From contig CAVSLV010000001.1 in NCBI GenBank assembly GCA_963728915.1, positions 1,568,001 to 1,632,000 of the forward strand: a DNA stretch of 64,000 bases. Reading direction: 5' to 3'. Source of the DNA: an uncultured Gemmatimonadales bacterium. GTDB taxonomy: Bacteria; Gemmatimonadota; Gemmatimonadetes; Gemmatimonadales; GWC2-71-9. The position numbers and the translations under genes were made by a program. Below, in pieces: positions 29,966 through 42,211 of the stretch. The stretch's first letter is position 1, and every line of letters starts with the position of its first letter. Under the pieces are notes generated by a model. It was not told the DNA's origin. It saw only the letters and a list, made by a program, of their open reading frames with translations, and did not search any database.

Positions 29966-30687
29966 GAACTCCGTACTCCGAGAAACTCCCGGATCACCGG
30001 GTCGTCGCTGTGCCGGAGGTCTCCCGGGGTCCCGACCTGGCGGATCCGGCCCTGGTGGAGAAACGCAAAGCGGTCGGCGATGGCGAAGGCGCTCGGCAGG
30101 TCATGGGTGACGACCACGCTGGTGGCGCCGGATTCTTCGCGGGCCTTGATCATCAGCTCATCCATGGCGTTGGTGGTCACCGGATCGAGGCCGGTGGTCG
30201 GCTCGTCATAGAGAATGTAGCGCGGGCGCAGCGCGATGGCGCGGGCCACGCCGACCCGTTTGCGCATGCCGCCGGAGAGCTCCGCCGGCAACCGGGCCGC
30301 CGCCCCGGGCAGCTCCACCAGGCGAAGGCTTTCGGCGACCCGTGATGCGATCTCCGCCGCCGGCAGTCCACGGGCCCGCAGGCCCAGGGCAATGTTCTCA
30401 TCGACGGTGAGCGAGTCGAACAGTGCGGCGGACTGAAAGACGTAACCGATCTGGGTGCGGAGCTCGTCGAGTTCCTCCCGGTCGAGCTGGTCCACCACGG
30501 CGCCATCCACTTCGACGTGGCCGCTGTCCGGCTCGAGTAGTCCGACGATGTGCTTGAGCACCACGCTCTTCCCGGACCCCGAGTGTCCCAGCAACACAGT
30601 GGTCTCGCCTTCCTGGATGTCGAAGGTCACGTCTTCGAGGACCGGCTTGTCGCCGAATCGCTTGGCGAGGTGCACGAAACGGATCAC
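29962..30687 (-). CDS. mlaF: ABC ATPase, MlaF/Mkl family
   Basis: GHSGSGKS, FQSAALFDSLTV, LSGGMRKRV, LYDEPTTGLDP. Start GTG 30687. Confidence 0.92.
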   Translation of the reverse strand: MIRFVHLAKRFGDKPVLEDVTFDIQEGETTVLLGHSGSGKSVVLKHIVGLLEPDSGHVEVDGAVVDQLDREELDELRTQIGYVFQSAALFDSLTVDENIALGLRARGLPAAEIASRVAESLRLVELPGAAARLPAELSGGMRKRVGVARAIALRPRYILYDEPTTGLDPVTTNAMDELMIKAREESGATSVVVTHDLPSAFAIADRFAFLHQGRIRQVGTPGDLRHSDDPVIREFLGVRSS

Positions 30688-31448
30688 AACAGGACCAGGG
30701 CCCAGAAGGCGTCGAGGACCAGAATGGCCTGGCAGCCCCGGACCACCGCTCGGGTCGCGGCGCGCCCAACGCCTTCCGCGCCACGAGTGGCATGCAGGCC
30801 CTGAAAACAACCCACCGTGGCGACCACGAATCCGAAACTCGCGCTCTTGACCAGGCCGAACCAGATGTCTTTGGACTGATAGAACTGCTGGGCCCCCCGA
30901 AAGAACTGCTGGGAGGACAGGTCGAGCAGGTTGATGGCGGTGAACCAGCCCGCGAGCACGCCGGTCGCCATGGCGAGTGCGGTCACCATCGGGAACATGA
31001 GCGTGGCGGCGAGCACCCTGGGGGTCACGAGATACGCGTGGGGACTGATGGTCAGGACCTCGAGGGCATCCACCTGCTCGGTCACGCGCATGGTGCCGAG
31101 CTCGGCCGCGACATTGGCGCCGACCCGGCCGGCCAGCGCCATGCCGGTGAGGACGGGACCCAGCTCCAGCATCACGGCCTTGGTCACCAGGGTGCCAACG
31201 AAGTACAGGGGGATGGCCCGGGTAAACATGTAGGATGAGAGGAGGGCCAGGACCATCCCGGTAAACACCGCGATAAACAACGCGACGGGCACGGAATCGA
31301 CCCCCAGTTTCCGCATCTGGGGAAGCAGCTGAGGTCGCCAGGTGCGGGTGTCGCGCAGGGCACGGCGTGCTTCCAGGACCCAGCGTCCGGCCAGGGTGAA
31401 GAAGCGATGGAGGCGGTCCGCCGGCCGCGAGGCCGCGGCGTCGGTCAT
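30684..31448 (-). CDS. mlaE: ABC permease, MlaE family
   Basis: ELGPVLTG, GRVGANVAAELGTMRVTEQVDAL, GAEGVG. Confidence 0.93.
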   Translation of the reverse strand: MTDAAASRPADRLHRFFTLAGRWVLEARRALRDTRTWRPQLLPQMRKLGVDSVPVALFIAVFTGMVLALLSSYMFTRAIPLYFVGTLVTKAVMLELGPVLTGMALAGRVGANVAAELGTMRVTEQVDALEVLTISPHAYLVTPRVLAATLMFPMVTALAMATGVLAGWFTAINLLDLSSQQFFRGAQQFYQSKDIWFGLVKSASFGFVVATVGCFQGLHATRGAEGVGRAATRAVVRGCQAILVLDAFWALVLL

Positions 31449-32311
31449 GCGGCGAAACTGGCGAGCGCGGCGGCGCGGGGGCCTTCTCGCAACCGGCGGA
31501 GAGCCCGGTCGCGGAGTTGACGGATCCGCTCCCGGGTGACACCGAACAGGCCCCCGATTTCGTCGAGGGTGTGCTCCCCTGCCCCGCCGATACCGAAATA
31601 GAGCCGAAGCACGCGCGCTTCACGGGGCGGCAAGGTTCCCAGGGCGGAGTCAACCTCCGCGATGAGGAACTGCTCGACAATGCTGGCGTCGGGATCGTCC
31701 TGGTCCGACCCGGCGAATCGCTCGATCGTCGCGTCATCGCCACCGGTTTCCCGCAGGGAAGGGGCATCGAGGCGGAATTCAGCGATGGTGAGGCTGATCA
31801 GGGACTGCACCAGATCGACCGGGAGACCGACCGCCTCACTCAGCTCTTCCACCGTCGGCTCCCGAGCCAACTCCTGGCGAAGCACCTCGGCGGTTCGTCC
31901 GATCCGGGCCAGGTCGGCGGTGCGGTTGAGAGGAACTCGCACCTGGCGGCCATGACGAGCGAGGGCCGCCAGGATCGCCTGCCGGACCCACCAGACGGCA
32001 TAGCTGATGAACTTCACGCCGCGATCGGGATCGAACTTGCGGGCCGCGATGAGCAGGCCAAGGTTCCCTTCGCCGATGAGGTCCATGAGGCCAAGGCCGC
32101 GATTCTGATATCGCTTGGCGATCGAGATCACGAATCGAAGGTTCCGGCTCACCAGCTCGTTGATGGCGGCCTCGTCGCCCCGAAAGCTCCGCCGGGCGAG
32201 GGCGGTTTCTTCGGCCGGAGTGAGCAGTTGGACTCGGCTCACATCCTGCAGATAGAGGTCGAGAATGGTGTGCAAATAAACCTCGACGGACGAGGGCTCA
32301 GAGGTGAGCAA
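31445..32311 (-). CDS. Sigma70 factor, RpoD/RpoS-like, lacking region 1.1
   Basis: NLRFVISIAKRY, DLIGEGNLGL, KFISYAVWWVRQAI, TLDEIG..FGVTRERIRQ. Confidence 0.92.
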   Translation of the reverse strand: MLTSEPSSVEVYLHTILDLYLQDVSRVQLLTPAEETALARRSFRGDEAAINELVSRNLRFVISIAKRYQNRGLGLMDLIGEGNLGLLIAARKFDPDRGVKFISYAVWWVRQAILAALARHGRQVRVPLNRTADLARIGRTAEVLRQELAREPTVEELSEAVGLPVDLVQSLISLTIAEFRLDAPSLRETGGDDATIERFAGSDQDDPDASIVEQFLIAEVDSALGTLPPREARVLRLYFGIGGAGEHTLDEIGGLFGVTRERIRQLRDRALRRLREGPRAAALASFAA

Positions 32312-32316
32312 TTTGC

Positions 32317-32345
32317 TTGACAGGATTGGACTTAGCCACTACCTT
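32317..32345 (+). promoter_or_regulatory. Sigma70 promoter of the tRNA cluster
   Basis: TTGACA(32317)-17-TACCTT(32340), followed by a GC-rich discriminator (GCCGCG). Confidence 0.65.
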
Positions 32346-32388
32346 GCCGCGTTCGATCGCCCTCCCGGCAAGCGTTCGAAAATATAAA

Positions 32389-32461
32389 GGGGGCGTAGCT
32401 CAGTTGGGAGAGCGCGTGAATGGCATTCACGAGGTCAGGGGTTCGATCCCCCTCGCCTCCA
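32389..32461 (+). tRNA. tRNA-Ala(GGC)
   Basis: Cloverleaf, G3:U70, anticodon loop ATGGCAT; no encoded CCA. Confidence 0.97.
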
Positions 32462-32463
32462 CT

Positions 32464-32582
32464 CGGACGGACAGGCGGAACGGCGGACAGGCGGACGGTC
32501 GAGTGGGGAACGCCGGGTGATGACGAGTGGCGAGTAGCGAGTAGAAGGTGCGACTACCCCCTATTCGCTATCCCCCACTCGC
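32464..32582. repeat. Spacer micro-repeats: GGCGGACA octamers and inverted GAGTAGC heptamers
   Basis: CGGACGGACAGGCGGAACGGCGGACAGGCGGACGG; GAGTGGCGAGTAGCGAGTAG...CTATTCGCTATCCCCCACTCGC. Confidence 0.7.
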
Positions 32583-32590
32583 GGTAGTTT

Positions 32591-32663
32591 GCGGGAATAG
32601 CTCAGTTGGTAGAGCACAACCTTGCCAAGGTTGGGGTCGCGGGTTCGAGTCCCGTTTCCCGCT
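32591..32663 (+). tRNA. tRNA-Gly(GCC)
   Basis: GCGGGAATAGCTCAG...TTGCCAA...TTCCCGCT. Confidence 0.97.
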
Positions 32664-32705
32664 CTGAGCAGGCGGACGGGCGGACAGGCGGACAGTTCAC
32701 AACGG

Positions 32706-32779
32706 CGCGGGGTGGAGCAGTCTGGTAGCTCGCCGGGCTCATAACCCGGAGGTCGTGGGTTCAAATCCCACCCCCGCTA
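32706..32779 (+). tRNA. tRNA-Met(CAT), initiator type
   Basis: Unpaired C1 (opposite U72), three G-C pairs in the anticodon stem, CTCATAA loop. Confidence 0.95.
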
Positions 32780-32783
32780 CTGA

Positions 32784-32888
32784 AGACGGACAGACGGACA
32801 GACGGGCAGAGGGACAGAGGGCCAAGAGGAGACGATCGCACCCGGTCCTCCACTGCCCCCACTGACCCGCTGTCCGTCTGACCGTCTT
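32784..32888. repeat. Inverted octamer arrays (AGACGGAC)
   Basis: AGACGGACAGACGGACAGACGGGCAGAGGGACAG ... CTGTCCGTCTGACCGTCT. Confidence 0.75.
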
Positions 32889-32893
32889 GGATC

Positions 32894-32967
<74 letters not shown>

Positions 32968-32977
32968 TCCCAGCCCG

Positions 32978-33051
32978 GCGCCCTTAGCTCAACTGGATAG
33001 AGCATCTGACTACGGATCAGAAGGCTGGGGGTTCGAATCCCTCAGGGCGCG
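32978..33051 (+). tRNA. tRNA-Arg(ACG)
   Basis: Cloverleaf, CTACGGA loop. Confidence 0.97.
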
Positions 33052-33055
33052 CATG

Positions 33056-33146
33056 ACGGTGGGTCTGTGAGGACGGTGGGGTCAGTGAGGTCGGTGGTGA
33101 TCGGAAGCTCCGACCGTCCGACCTCACCGACCAGCCGACCGTCCGA
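33056..33146. repeat. Inverted nonamer arrays (GGTGAGGTC-type)
   Basis: GACGGTGGGTCTGTGAGGACGGTGGGGTCAGTGAGGTCGGT ... CCGACCGTCCGACCTCACCGACC. Confidence 0.7.
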
Positions 33147-33148
33147 GA

Positions 33149-33222
33149 CGGGGCGTAGCGCAGCCTGGTAGCGCGCCTGCTTCGGGAGCAGGAGGTCCCG
33201 GGTTCAAATCCCGGCGCCCCGA
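33149..33222 (+). tRNA. tRNA-Pro(CGG)
   Basis: Cloverleaf, TTCGGGA loop. Confidence 0.97.
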
Positions 33223-33235
33223 TGGAAAACATGAC

Positions 33236-33309
33236 GGGCCCGTAGCTCAGCTGGATAGAGCGCTTGCCTCCGGAGCAAGAGGTCGCGCGTTCGAATCGCG
33301 CCGGGCCCA
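33236..33309 (+). tRNA. tRNA-Arg(CCG)
   Basis: Cloverleaf, CTCCGGA loop. Confidence 0.96.
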
Positions 33310-33313
33310 TGGA

Positions 33314-33343
33314 AGGCGGACTGGCGGACAGTCCGCCTACTTT
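33314..33343 (+). terminator. Hairpin after the last tRNA, built from octamer repeat units
   Basis: AGGCGGACTG-GCGGA-CAGTCCGCCT followed by ACTTT. Confidence 0.55.
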
Positions 33344-33348
33344 CCCCC

Positions 33349-34567
33349 ATGCCAGAACACGACACCTCCCTCTTGCTCGCCCTGGCGGCGATTCTCATCG
33401 CCACCAAGCTCCTGGGTGAGCTGGCACAGCGAATCGGGCAGCCCGCCGTTCTGGGAGAGCTCCTCGCGGGCGTGCTGCTGGGGCCGTCCCTCTTCCGGAT
33501 CCTGGATCCCGCCGATCCCGTGCTCGCCGCTCTGGGGGAGCTCGGCGTGCTGGTGCTGCTGCTCCAGATCGGGTTGCACACCGACCTCAAATCGATTCTT
33601 CGAGTCGGCCCCGCCGCCACGGGGGTCGGACTCGCCGGCGTCGTCGTCCCGTTTGGCCTGGGCCTGCTGGTGACCCGTCTCCTCGGATTCACCGGCCTGG
33701 TTCCGTTGGTGTGTGCGGCGGCGCTGACCGCGACCTCGATCGGGATCAGTGCCCGGGTGCTCGCCGATGTGGGAAAGCTCCGCACCACCGAGGGCAATGT
33801 GGTGCTGGGCGCCGCGGTGCTCGATGACGTGATCGGTCTCATCGTGCTCTCGATCATTTCGGGGATGGTGGGCGGGGCGGCGCTCTCTCTGGCCGGCATC
33901 GCCAAGACGACCGCCGTCGCGGTCGGCTTCATCGTCGCAGCGATCCTGGTCGGCGGAGTGGTGGTGCCCCCCTTCATCCGGCTGGTGGCCCGTCTCCGCC
34001 TGGTGTGGGCCCTCGGCGCGATGGCGCTCGCGCTGGCCCTGGTCATGGCGGGAATCGCGGGCTGGGCCGGCTCCGCCACGATCATCGGGGCATTCGCGGC
34101 GGGACTGGTGCTGCATGGAACCCCGCAACGGAAGGAGATCGAGGAGGCGACCTCGACCCTGGGACACTTCTTCGTCCCCATTTTCTTCGCGGTGGTCGGC
34201 GCCGCGGTGGACGTGCCCAGCCTGGTGCAGGGTCGCGGGCTGCTGGTGGGAGCCGCGCTGATCGTGGTCGGGGTCTTCGGCAAGTTCGTCGCCGGCTTCG
34301 TCCCGTTCCGGCTCAAAGCCGATCACACCCTCATCGGGGTGGCCATGATTCCCCGGGGCGAAGTCGGGCTCATCTTTGCTCAGCTCGGAAAAAGCAGTGG
34401 AGTGCTCGACGCGGGACTCTTCAGCGCGGTTCTCCTGATGGTGATCGTCACCACCTTCATCGCACCGCCCTGGTTGTCATTCCTGACCCGCGAGCACCGG
34501 CGCCGGGCCACCCCGGAGCCGCCGGGCGGACTGCCGGAGCTGGTAGTGGGAGAGCGCCCCCGGGAGA

Positions 34568-34581
<14 letters not shown>
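33349..34581 (+). CDS. Cation:proton antiporter (CPA2/NapA-like)
   Basis: GQPAVLGELLAG, ATSIGIS, AAVLDD, PIFF, MIPRGEVGL; many TM helices. Confidence 0.92.
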
Positions 34582-36748
<2,167 letters not shown>

Positions 36749-36803
36749 CGGGGAGACGGGACGATCGGGACTGGGCACCACACCTCCGGGTTAATTGCGC
36801 CGG

Positions 36804-37904
36804 TCAGAACGCGAACGGCACCGGCAGAAAGGTCAAGGCGAACACCGCCACGGACGCGAAGCCGATCCAGCGCCGGCTGGGGGGGACCGGACGATCCGGC
36901 ATCACCACGGCGGGATGGGTCCACCGTCCGCCCCCGATCAGGAAGGTGAGCACCACCCAGACATACCAGTGGGGAGACTGCTGGGCCAGAATCAGCAGTC
37001 CGATGACCGCCGCCCCGGCCACCACCCGCTGATGGCGTCCCAGGATTCCGTAGAGCACGTGCCCGCCGTCGAGCTGGCTCAGGGGCAGCAGGTTGAGCCC
37101 GGTAATGAAGGCGCCGACCCAGCCGGCGAAGGCGGGGAGGCTGAGGTGGACCGCCGGGGCGCCGGGAAAGAACGCGTGCCGGAGCATGCGGGTTAGGAGC
37201 GAATCGCCCAGCCCGATCGGCTCACCGGCGAAGCTCACCCAGGAGCCCATCGCTCCGTGCTCCATTCCGGCAGGGAGCGGCGCGGCCACCGAGACCGCGT
37301 AGCCCCAGACCAGCACCAGCACCGTCACCACGAATCCCGCCAGGGGCCCCGCCGCCCCGACGTCGAGGAGCTGTCGGCGGTCGAGGACCGGGCTTCGCAT
37401 CCGAATGAACGCCCCGAGGGTGCCGATAGGCGATAAGGTCGGCGGGATGGGGAGAAAGAAAGGTGGCGACACGTCCAGTCCGTAGCGGCGGGCGGTGAAG
37501 TAGTGCCCCGATTCGTGCACCAGCAGAATGGCGAGCAGCGGAATCCCGAAGGACCAGCCCTGCAGGAAGAGGGGCCAGTCTCCGCCCGCCAGTCCGCGAA
37601 CGAAGCGGGCCATGCCGGCGAACACGCCCGGAAGCCCTTCCCCGACCCACGGCACCCACACGCCGGCGAGCGCGGCCCCGGCCCCCAGGGTGCACACCAC
37701 GGCGAGTCCGAGCAGCACCGCATGCACCAGCCATCGCGGGCGTCTCAGGTTGGCCGGAGCGCCAAGCAGCACCAGCCGGGTTCGCGCCCGGTCGGCCCAG
37801 TACCAGGCACCCGGCCATTGATCGAGGGCCTGACGCAACCGGTCCGAATCGCGGAACGCAGGGTCCACCAGCGCGTCCACCACCTCACGATTCCCGAGGT
37901 GCAT
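36804..37904 (-). CDS. Site-2 protease (M50) intramembrane metalloprotease
   Basis: HESGH, GTLGAFI, AGPLAG, NLLPLSQLDGGH. Start uncertain (ATG 37904 or up to about 37943). Confidence 0.9.
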   Translation of the reverse strand: MHLGNREVVDALVDPAFRDSDRLRQALDQWPGAWYWADRARTRLVLLGAPANLRRPRWLVHAVLLGLAVVCTLGAGAALAGVWVPWVGEGLPGVFAGMARFVRGLAGGDWPLFLQGWSFGIPLLAILLVHESGHYFTARRYGLDVSPPFFLPIPPTLSPIGTLGAFIRMRSPVLDRRQLLDVGAAGPLAGFVVTVLVLVWGYAVSVAAPLPAGMEHGAMGSWVSFAGEPIGLGDSLLTRMLRHAFFPGAPAVHLSLPAFAGWVGAFITGLNLLPLSQLDGGHVLYGILGRHQRVVAGAAVIGLLILAQQSPHWYVWVVLTFLIGGGRWTHPAVVMPDRPVPPSRRWIGFASVAVFALTFLPVPFAF

Positions 37905-37952
37905 GACCCGCCAGGATGAGAAGAAGCCGAGCAAGCGATCCAGAGGAGCCTC

Positions 37953-37981
37953 TTGACGAAAACGTTGTGGAATGATAAGAT
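37953..37981 (+). promoter_or_regulatory. Sigma70 promoter of rho (extended -10)
   Basis: TTGACG(37953)-17-TAAGAT(37976) with TG at 37973-37974. Confidence 0.65.
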
Positions 37982-38141
37982 ACGCCCTCGGTTTGCAGCT
38001 ATTCCTGTGCACTTCGAAAACCTCCGGCGCGTCCCCTTGGGCGTGCCGGCACTTCCATAGAAGACTCCCGACCCTGACCCTTTTTCCTCTCGCCTAACCC
38101 GGTCGCGGGCAACAGCCCAGGACCCGTACGAGGCTCCCTCA

Positions 38142-39389
38142 GTGGACATTTCCGAACTCAAGCAGAAATCCGTCGCCGAGCTGCACGCGCTGGCCCAGCA
38201 GCTCAACATCTCCAATTACTCCGGGCTCCGCAAACAGGACCTGATCTTCCGGATCGAGCAGTCCCTGCTGGAAACGGACACGGTCATCCGGGGCGAAGGC
38301 GTCCTCGAGATTCTGCCCGAGGGCTACGGCTTCCTGCGCAGCCAGGACTGGAACTATCTCTACGGGCCCGACGACATCTACGTCAGCCCGAGCCAGATCA
38401 AGCGATTCGACCTCCGCACCGGCGACACGGTCTTCGGCCAGGTCCGTCCGCCCAAGGAGGGGGAGCGGTATCTCGCCCTGCTCAAGGTCGAGAACGTCAA
38501 CTTCGAGGAGCCCGAGAAAACCAAACACCGGATCGCCTTCGACAACCTCCGTCCCCGCTATCCCGACCAGAAGATCCGGCTCGAGGGCGCCAAAGGCGAT
38601 CTCTCCATGCGGGTGGTGGATCTGCTCGCCCCGATCGGCAAGGGGCAGCGCGGCCTCATCGTGTCACCGCCCAAGGCGGGCAAGACCATCCTGCTCCAGA
38701 AGGTCGCCAACGCGATCACCGAGAACCAACCCGAGATCATCCTCATCGTCCTGCTGATCGATGAGCGCCCCGAAGAAGTCACCGACATGCAGGAGAACGT
38801 CCAGGCCGAAGTGATCGCCTCCACCTTCGACGAGCCGGCGGACCGGCACGTCCAGGTCGCCGACATGGTCATCGAGAAGGCCAAGCGGCTGGTGGAGCAT
38901 GGGCGCGACGTGGTGATCCTGCTCGATTCGATCACCCGGCTCGCCCGGGCCCACAACGTCGTGGTCCCCCACTCCGGCAAGATTCTCTCCGGCGGGGTGG
39001 ACGCCAACGCGCTCCAGAAGCCCAAACGATTCTTCGGCGCGGCCCGGAACATTGAGGGCGGCGGCTCGCTCACCATCATCGGCACCGCGCTGATCGATAC
39101 CGGGAGCCGGATGGACGAAGTCATCTTCGAGGAGTTCAAGGGGACCGGCAACATGGAGCTGGTGCTGGACCGCCGGCTCGCGGATCGGCGGATCTGGCCC
39201 GCGATCGACGTCCAGAAGTCGAGTACCCGGAAGGAGGAGCTCCTCATGGACAAGGACGAGCTCAGCCGAGTCTACTTGCTGCGCAATTTCCTCGCGGACA
39301 TGCCTCCGGTCGAGGCGATGGAGTTCCTGCTGGAGCGGCTCAAACGCACCAAGACCAACAAGGAATTCTTCTCCACGATGAACCAGTAG
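38142..39389 (+). CDS. rho: Transcription termination factor Rho
   Basis: [41 protein letters not shown]. Confidence 0.98.
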   Translation: MDISELKQKSVAELHALAQQLNISNYSGLRKQDLIFRIEQSLLETDTVIRGEGVLEILPEGYGFLRSQDWNYLYGPDDIYVSPSQIKRFDLRTGDTVFGQVRPPKEGERYLALLKVENVNFEEPEKTKHRIAFDNLRPRYPDQKIRLEGAKGDLSMRVVDLLAPIGKGQRGLIVSPPKAGKTILLQKVANAITENQPEIILIVLLIDERPEEVTDMQENVQAEVIASTFDEPADRHVQVADMVIEKAKRLVEHGRDVVILLDSITRLARAHNVVVPHSGKILSGGVDANALQKPKRFFGAARNIEGGGSLTIIGTALIDTGSRMDEVIFEEFKGTGNMELVLDRRLADRRIWPAIDVQKSSTRKEELLMDKDELSRVYLLRNFLADMPPVEAMEFLLERLKRTKTNKEFFSTMNQ

Positions 39390-39394
39390 TCGCC

Positions 39395-39832
39395 ATGGAT
39401 CTTCCCGGATCCGGTCGCCTCCTCGCCGTGGATTGGGGGGAGCGTCGTTTCGGGATCGCGGTTTCGGACGAGTCCCAGATCATCGCCACCCCCCTCACGA
39501 CCCTTACCCGGCGGGCCGGCAAACGGTTTCCCATGCCGGCCTTTCTCGACCTGGTCGCCGAGCAGCATCCCGTCGGCATCATCGTCGGGCTTCCTCTCAC
39601 CCCGGACGGCGGCGAAGCGGAGTCTGCCCTCGCCGCCCGTGCCCTCGCCGACCTGGTGGCCAGACGGACCGGTCTTCCCTTCGAGATGGTGGACGAGCGG
39701 ATGACCACGGCGAGGGCCCACGCGGCGATCCGGGAACAGGGGGGATCGGTCCGGGGCCGGAGGGAGGAAGTGGACGCCCTGGCGGCGGCGGTGCTGTTGC
39801 AGGGGTTTCTGGAGCGGCGGAGGAATGGGTAA
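39395..39832 (+). CDS. ruvX: YqgF/RuvX pre-16S rRNA nuclease
   Basis: LAVDWGERRFGIAVSD, VGLP, VDERMTT, VDALAA. Confidence 0.93.
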   Translation: MDLPGSGRLLAVDWGERRFGIAVSDESQIIATPLTTLTRRAGKRFPMPAFLDLVAEQHPVGIIVGLPLTPDGGEAESALAARALADLVARRTGLPFEMVDERMTTARAHAAIREQGGSVRGRREEVDALAAAVLLQGFLERRRNG

Positions 39833-40826
39833 CGGCGGACGGGCGGAGCGGCGGGCCGGCGGGCTGCTCTCGTTGGCGGCCGTGGGTCTCCTGTCCTGCG
39901 GCTCTCCGCCTAACCCGGGGAGCCAGGAGGTGGTGGTGATCCCCGCCGGCACCACGGTCCGCGGGGTGGCCGACAGCCTCGCCGCCCACGGCATCATCCG
40001 CTCGCGGTTCTGGTTCCGAGCGCTGACCAGGCTCCGCGGCAAGGAACGGCAGCTGCAGCGAGGCGCCTACCTGTTCGCGCGCGATGCCGGATCGGGGGAG
40101 GCCCTGGACGCACTCATCGCCGGCAAGTCGATCCTCCAGCACGTCACCATCCCCGAAGGCCTGACCCTCCTGGATATCGCGAAGCTGGTCGACAGCACCC
40201 TCGCGGTTCCGGCCGCCCAGTTTCTGGAGGCGGCGCGCGACACCGCCCTGCTTCGGGAGTATGGCATTCCCGGTCCCTCGCTCGAGGGATATCTCCGGCC
40301 CGAGACCTATCTCATGGCGCCCGGCCTCGACGCGCGGAAAGTGGTCCGGGTGCTGGCGAACCGGTTCGTGGTGGATTGGAAACCCGAGTGGGACGCGGCC
40401 GCCCGGGCCCAGGGCCTCGACCGCCATGGAGTGGTGACTCTGGCGAGCATCGTGGAGACCGAAGCGAAGGTCGACAGCGACCGACCGCTGATCGCCGCGG
40501 TCTACCGGAATCGGCTCCGGCTGGGCATGCCGCTCCAGGCCGACGCGACCGTCCAGTATGCGATGCGGATCACGACCGGCTCCCGCAAGACCCGCCTCTA
40601 CGAGAAGGACTACGACTTCCCTTCCCCGTACAACACCTACCTGCATCCGGGACTGCCACCGGGACCGGTGGGGGCGCCGGGAACCCGGAGCATCGAAGCG
40701 GTGCTCGCGCCGGCCGCGGTTCCCTACCTCTACTACGTGGCGAAGGGCAACGGGGCTCACCTGTTCTCGCGAACCTATGCGGAGCATCTCCGGGCGATTC
40801 GCCGGGTGCGGCAGGCCAGGCCATGA
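39825..40826 (+). CDS. mltG: Endolytic transglycosylase
   Basis: TIPEG, LEGYLRPETY, LASIVETE, NRLRLGMPLQAD, SPYNTY...GLPPGP. Confidence 0.93.
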   Translation: MGNGGRAERRAGGLLSLAAVGLLSCGSPPNPGSQEVVVIPAGTTVRGVADSLAAHGIIRSRFWFRALTRLRGKERQLQRGAYLFARDAGSGEALDALIAGKSILQHVTIPEGLTLLDIAKLVDSTLAVPAAQFLEAARDTALLREYGIPGPSLEGYLRPETYLMAPGLDARKVVRVLANRFVVDWKPEWDAAARAQGLDRHGVVTLASIVETEAKVDSDRPLIAAVYRNRLRLGMPLQADATVQYAMRITTGSRKTRLYEKDYDFPSPYNTYLHPGLPPGPVGAPGTRSIEAVLAPAAVPYLYYVAKGNGAHLFSRTYAEHLRAIRRVRQARP

Positions 40827-40865
40827 CCGAGAGCCGAGCCTCGCTTCTATATTCATTCCTGCTCC

Positions 40866-41564
40866 ATGAATAAGGTCTTTGCTGACGCGCGCGCCGCGTG
40901 TGCCGATGTCTTCGACGGGGCCACCCTCTTCGTCGGGGGGTTCGGACTGGCCGGGGTACCCGAGGAGTGCATCTATGCGCTGCGCGATCTCGGCCCCCGG
41001 CACCTGACCATCGTTTCCAATAACGCCGGCACCACCGAACACGGGCTGGTGCACCTGCTCAAGAACAAACAGGTGCGCAAGATGATCTCGAGCTACGTGG
41101 GCGAGAATGAGGTGTTCGAGAAGCTCATGCTCTCCGGCGAGCTCGAGGTGGAGCTCACGCCCCAGGGCACCTTGTCGGAGCGGATTCGCGCCGGTGGCGC
41201 CGGCATCCCGGCTTTCTACACCCCGACCGGCGTCGGCACCCGGGTCGCCGAGGGCAAGGAAGTGCGGGAGTTCGGGACTCGACGCTATCTCCTCGAACGC
41301 GGGCTCACCGGTGACTTCGCCCTGATCCACGCGTGGAAGGGCGACCGGCTGGGCAACCTGGTCTACCGGAAGACGGCCCGGAACTTCAATCCGATGATGG
41401 CCATGGCGGGACGGGTGACGGTCGCCGAGGTGGAGCACCTGGTCGAACCGGGTGAGATCGATCCCGACCAGGTCCATACGCCCGCGATCTTCGTGCAGCG
41501 GGTCTTTCCGGTCCGCTCGCTCGAGAAGAAGATCGAGCGCCACACCGTCCGGAAACGACCGTGA
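40866..41564 (+). CDS. scoA: 3-oxoacid CoA-transferase subunit A
   Basis: [38 protein letters not shown]. Confidence 0.92.
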   Translation: MNKVFADARAACADVFDGATLFVGGFGLAGVPEECIYALRDLGPRHLTIVSNNAGTTEHGLVHLLKNKQVRKMISSYVGENEVFEKLMLSGELEVELTPQGTLSERIRAGGAGIPAFYTPTGVGTRVAEGKEVREFGTRRYLLERGLTGDFALIHAWKGDRLGNLVYRKTARNFNPMMAMAGRVTVAEVEHLVEPGEIDPDQVHTPAIFVQRVFPVRSLEKKIERHTVRKRP

Positions 41565-42211
41565 GCGGACCCGACATCCGCCAGATCATCGTGCGCCGCG
41601 CCGCGCTGGAGCTTCGCACCCTGACCGAGGCAACCGGCTACTACGTCAATCTGGGGATCGGGCTGCCGACCATGATCGCGGATTGCGCCCCGCCCGATAT
41701 TCCCTTCGTGCTCCATTCGGAAAACGGCATGCTCGGAGTGGGTCCCTATCCGATCGAAGGCGAGGAGGACCCCGATCTGATCAACGCCGGCAAGGAAACC
41801 GTCACCGAGCTTCCCGGCACCAGCTACTTCGACAGCGCCACCTCGTTCGCGATGATCCGCGGGGGACACGTCGCCCTGAGCTTCCTGGGCGCCATGCAGG
41901 TCTCCGAGCGGGGAGATCTCGCCAACTGGATGATCCCCGGCAAGATGGTGAAGGGGATGGGTGGGGCCATGGACCTCGTCGCGGGCGCACGGCGAGTCAT
42001 CGTGATCATGGAACACACCGCCCGGGACGGTTCACCCAAGATCCTCCGAGCGTGCACCCTGCCGCTCACCGGGGAGCGCTGCGTGCACCGGATCATCACG
42101 GAGCGCTGCGTGCTCGACGTCACCCCGGGCGGCCTCAAGGTGGTGGAGATCCTGCCGGGATCGACCCGTGAGGCCGTCACGACGGGCACCGACGCCACCC
42201 TGCTCTGGTGA
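41561..42211 (+). CDS. scoB: 3-oxoacid CoA-transferase subunit B
   Basis: [34 protein letters not shown]. Confidence 0.92.
   Translation: MSGPDIRQIIVRRAALELRTLTEATGYYVNLGIGLPTMIADCAPPDIPFVLHSENGMLGVGPYPIEGEEDPDLINAGKETVTELPGTSYFDSATSFAMIRGGHVALSFLGAMQVSERGDLANWMIPGKMVKGMGGAMDLVAGARRVIVIMEHTARDGSPKILRACTLPLTGERCVHRIITERCVLDVTPGGLKVVEILPGSTREAVTTGTDATLLW

Noticed and set aside
29962..31767. 601-aa ABC ATPase with a long N-terminal extension
   Set aside because: The extension overlaps mlaE and the sigma gene in other frames; the real start is GTG 30687.
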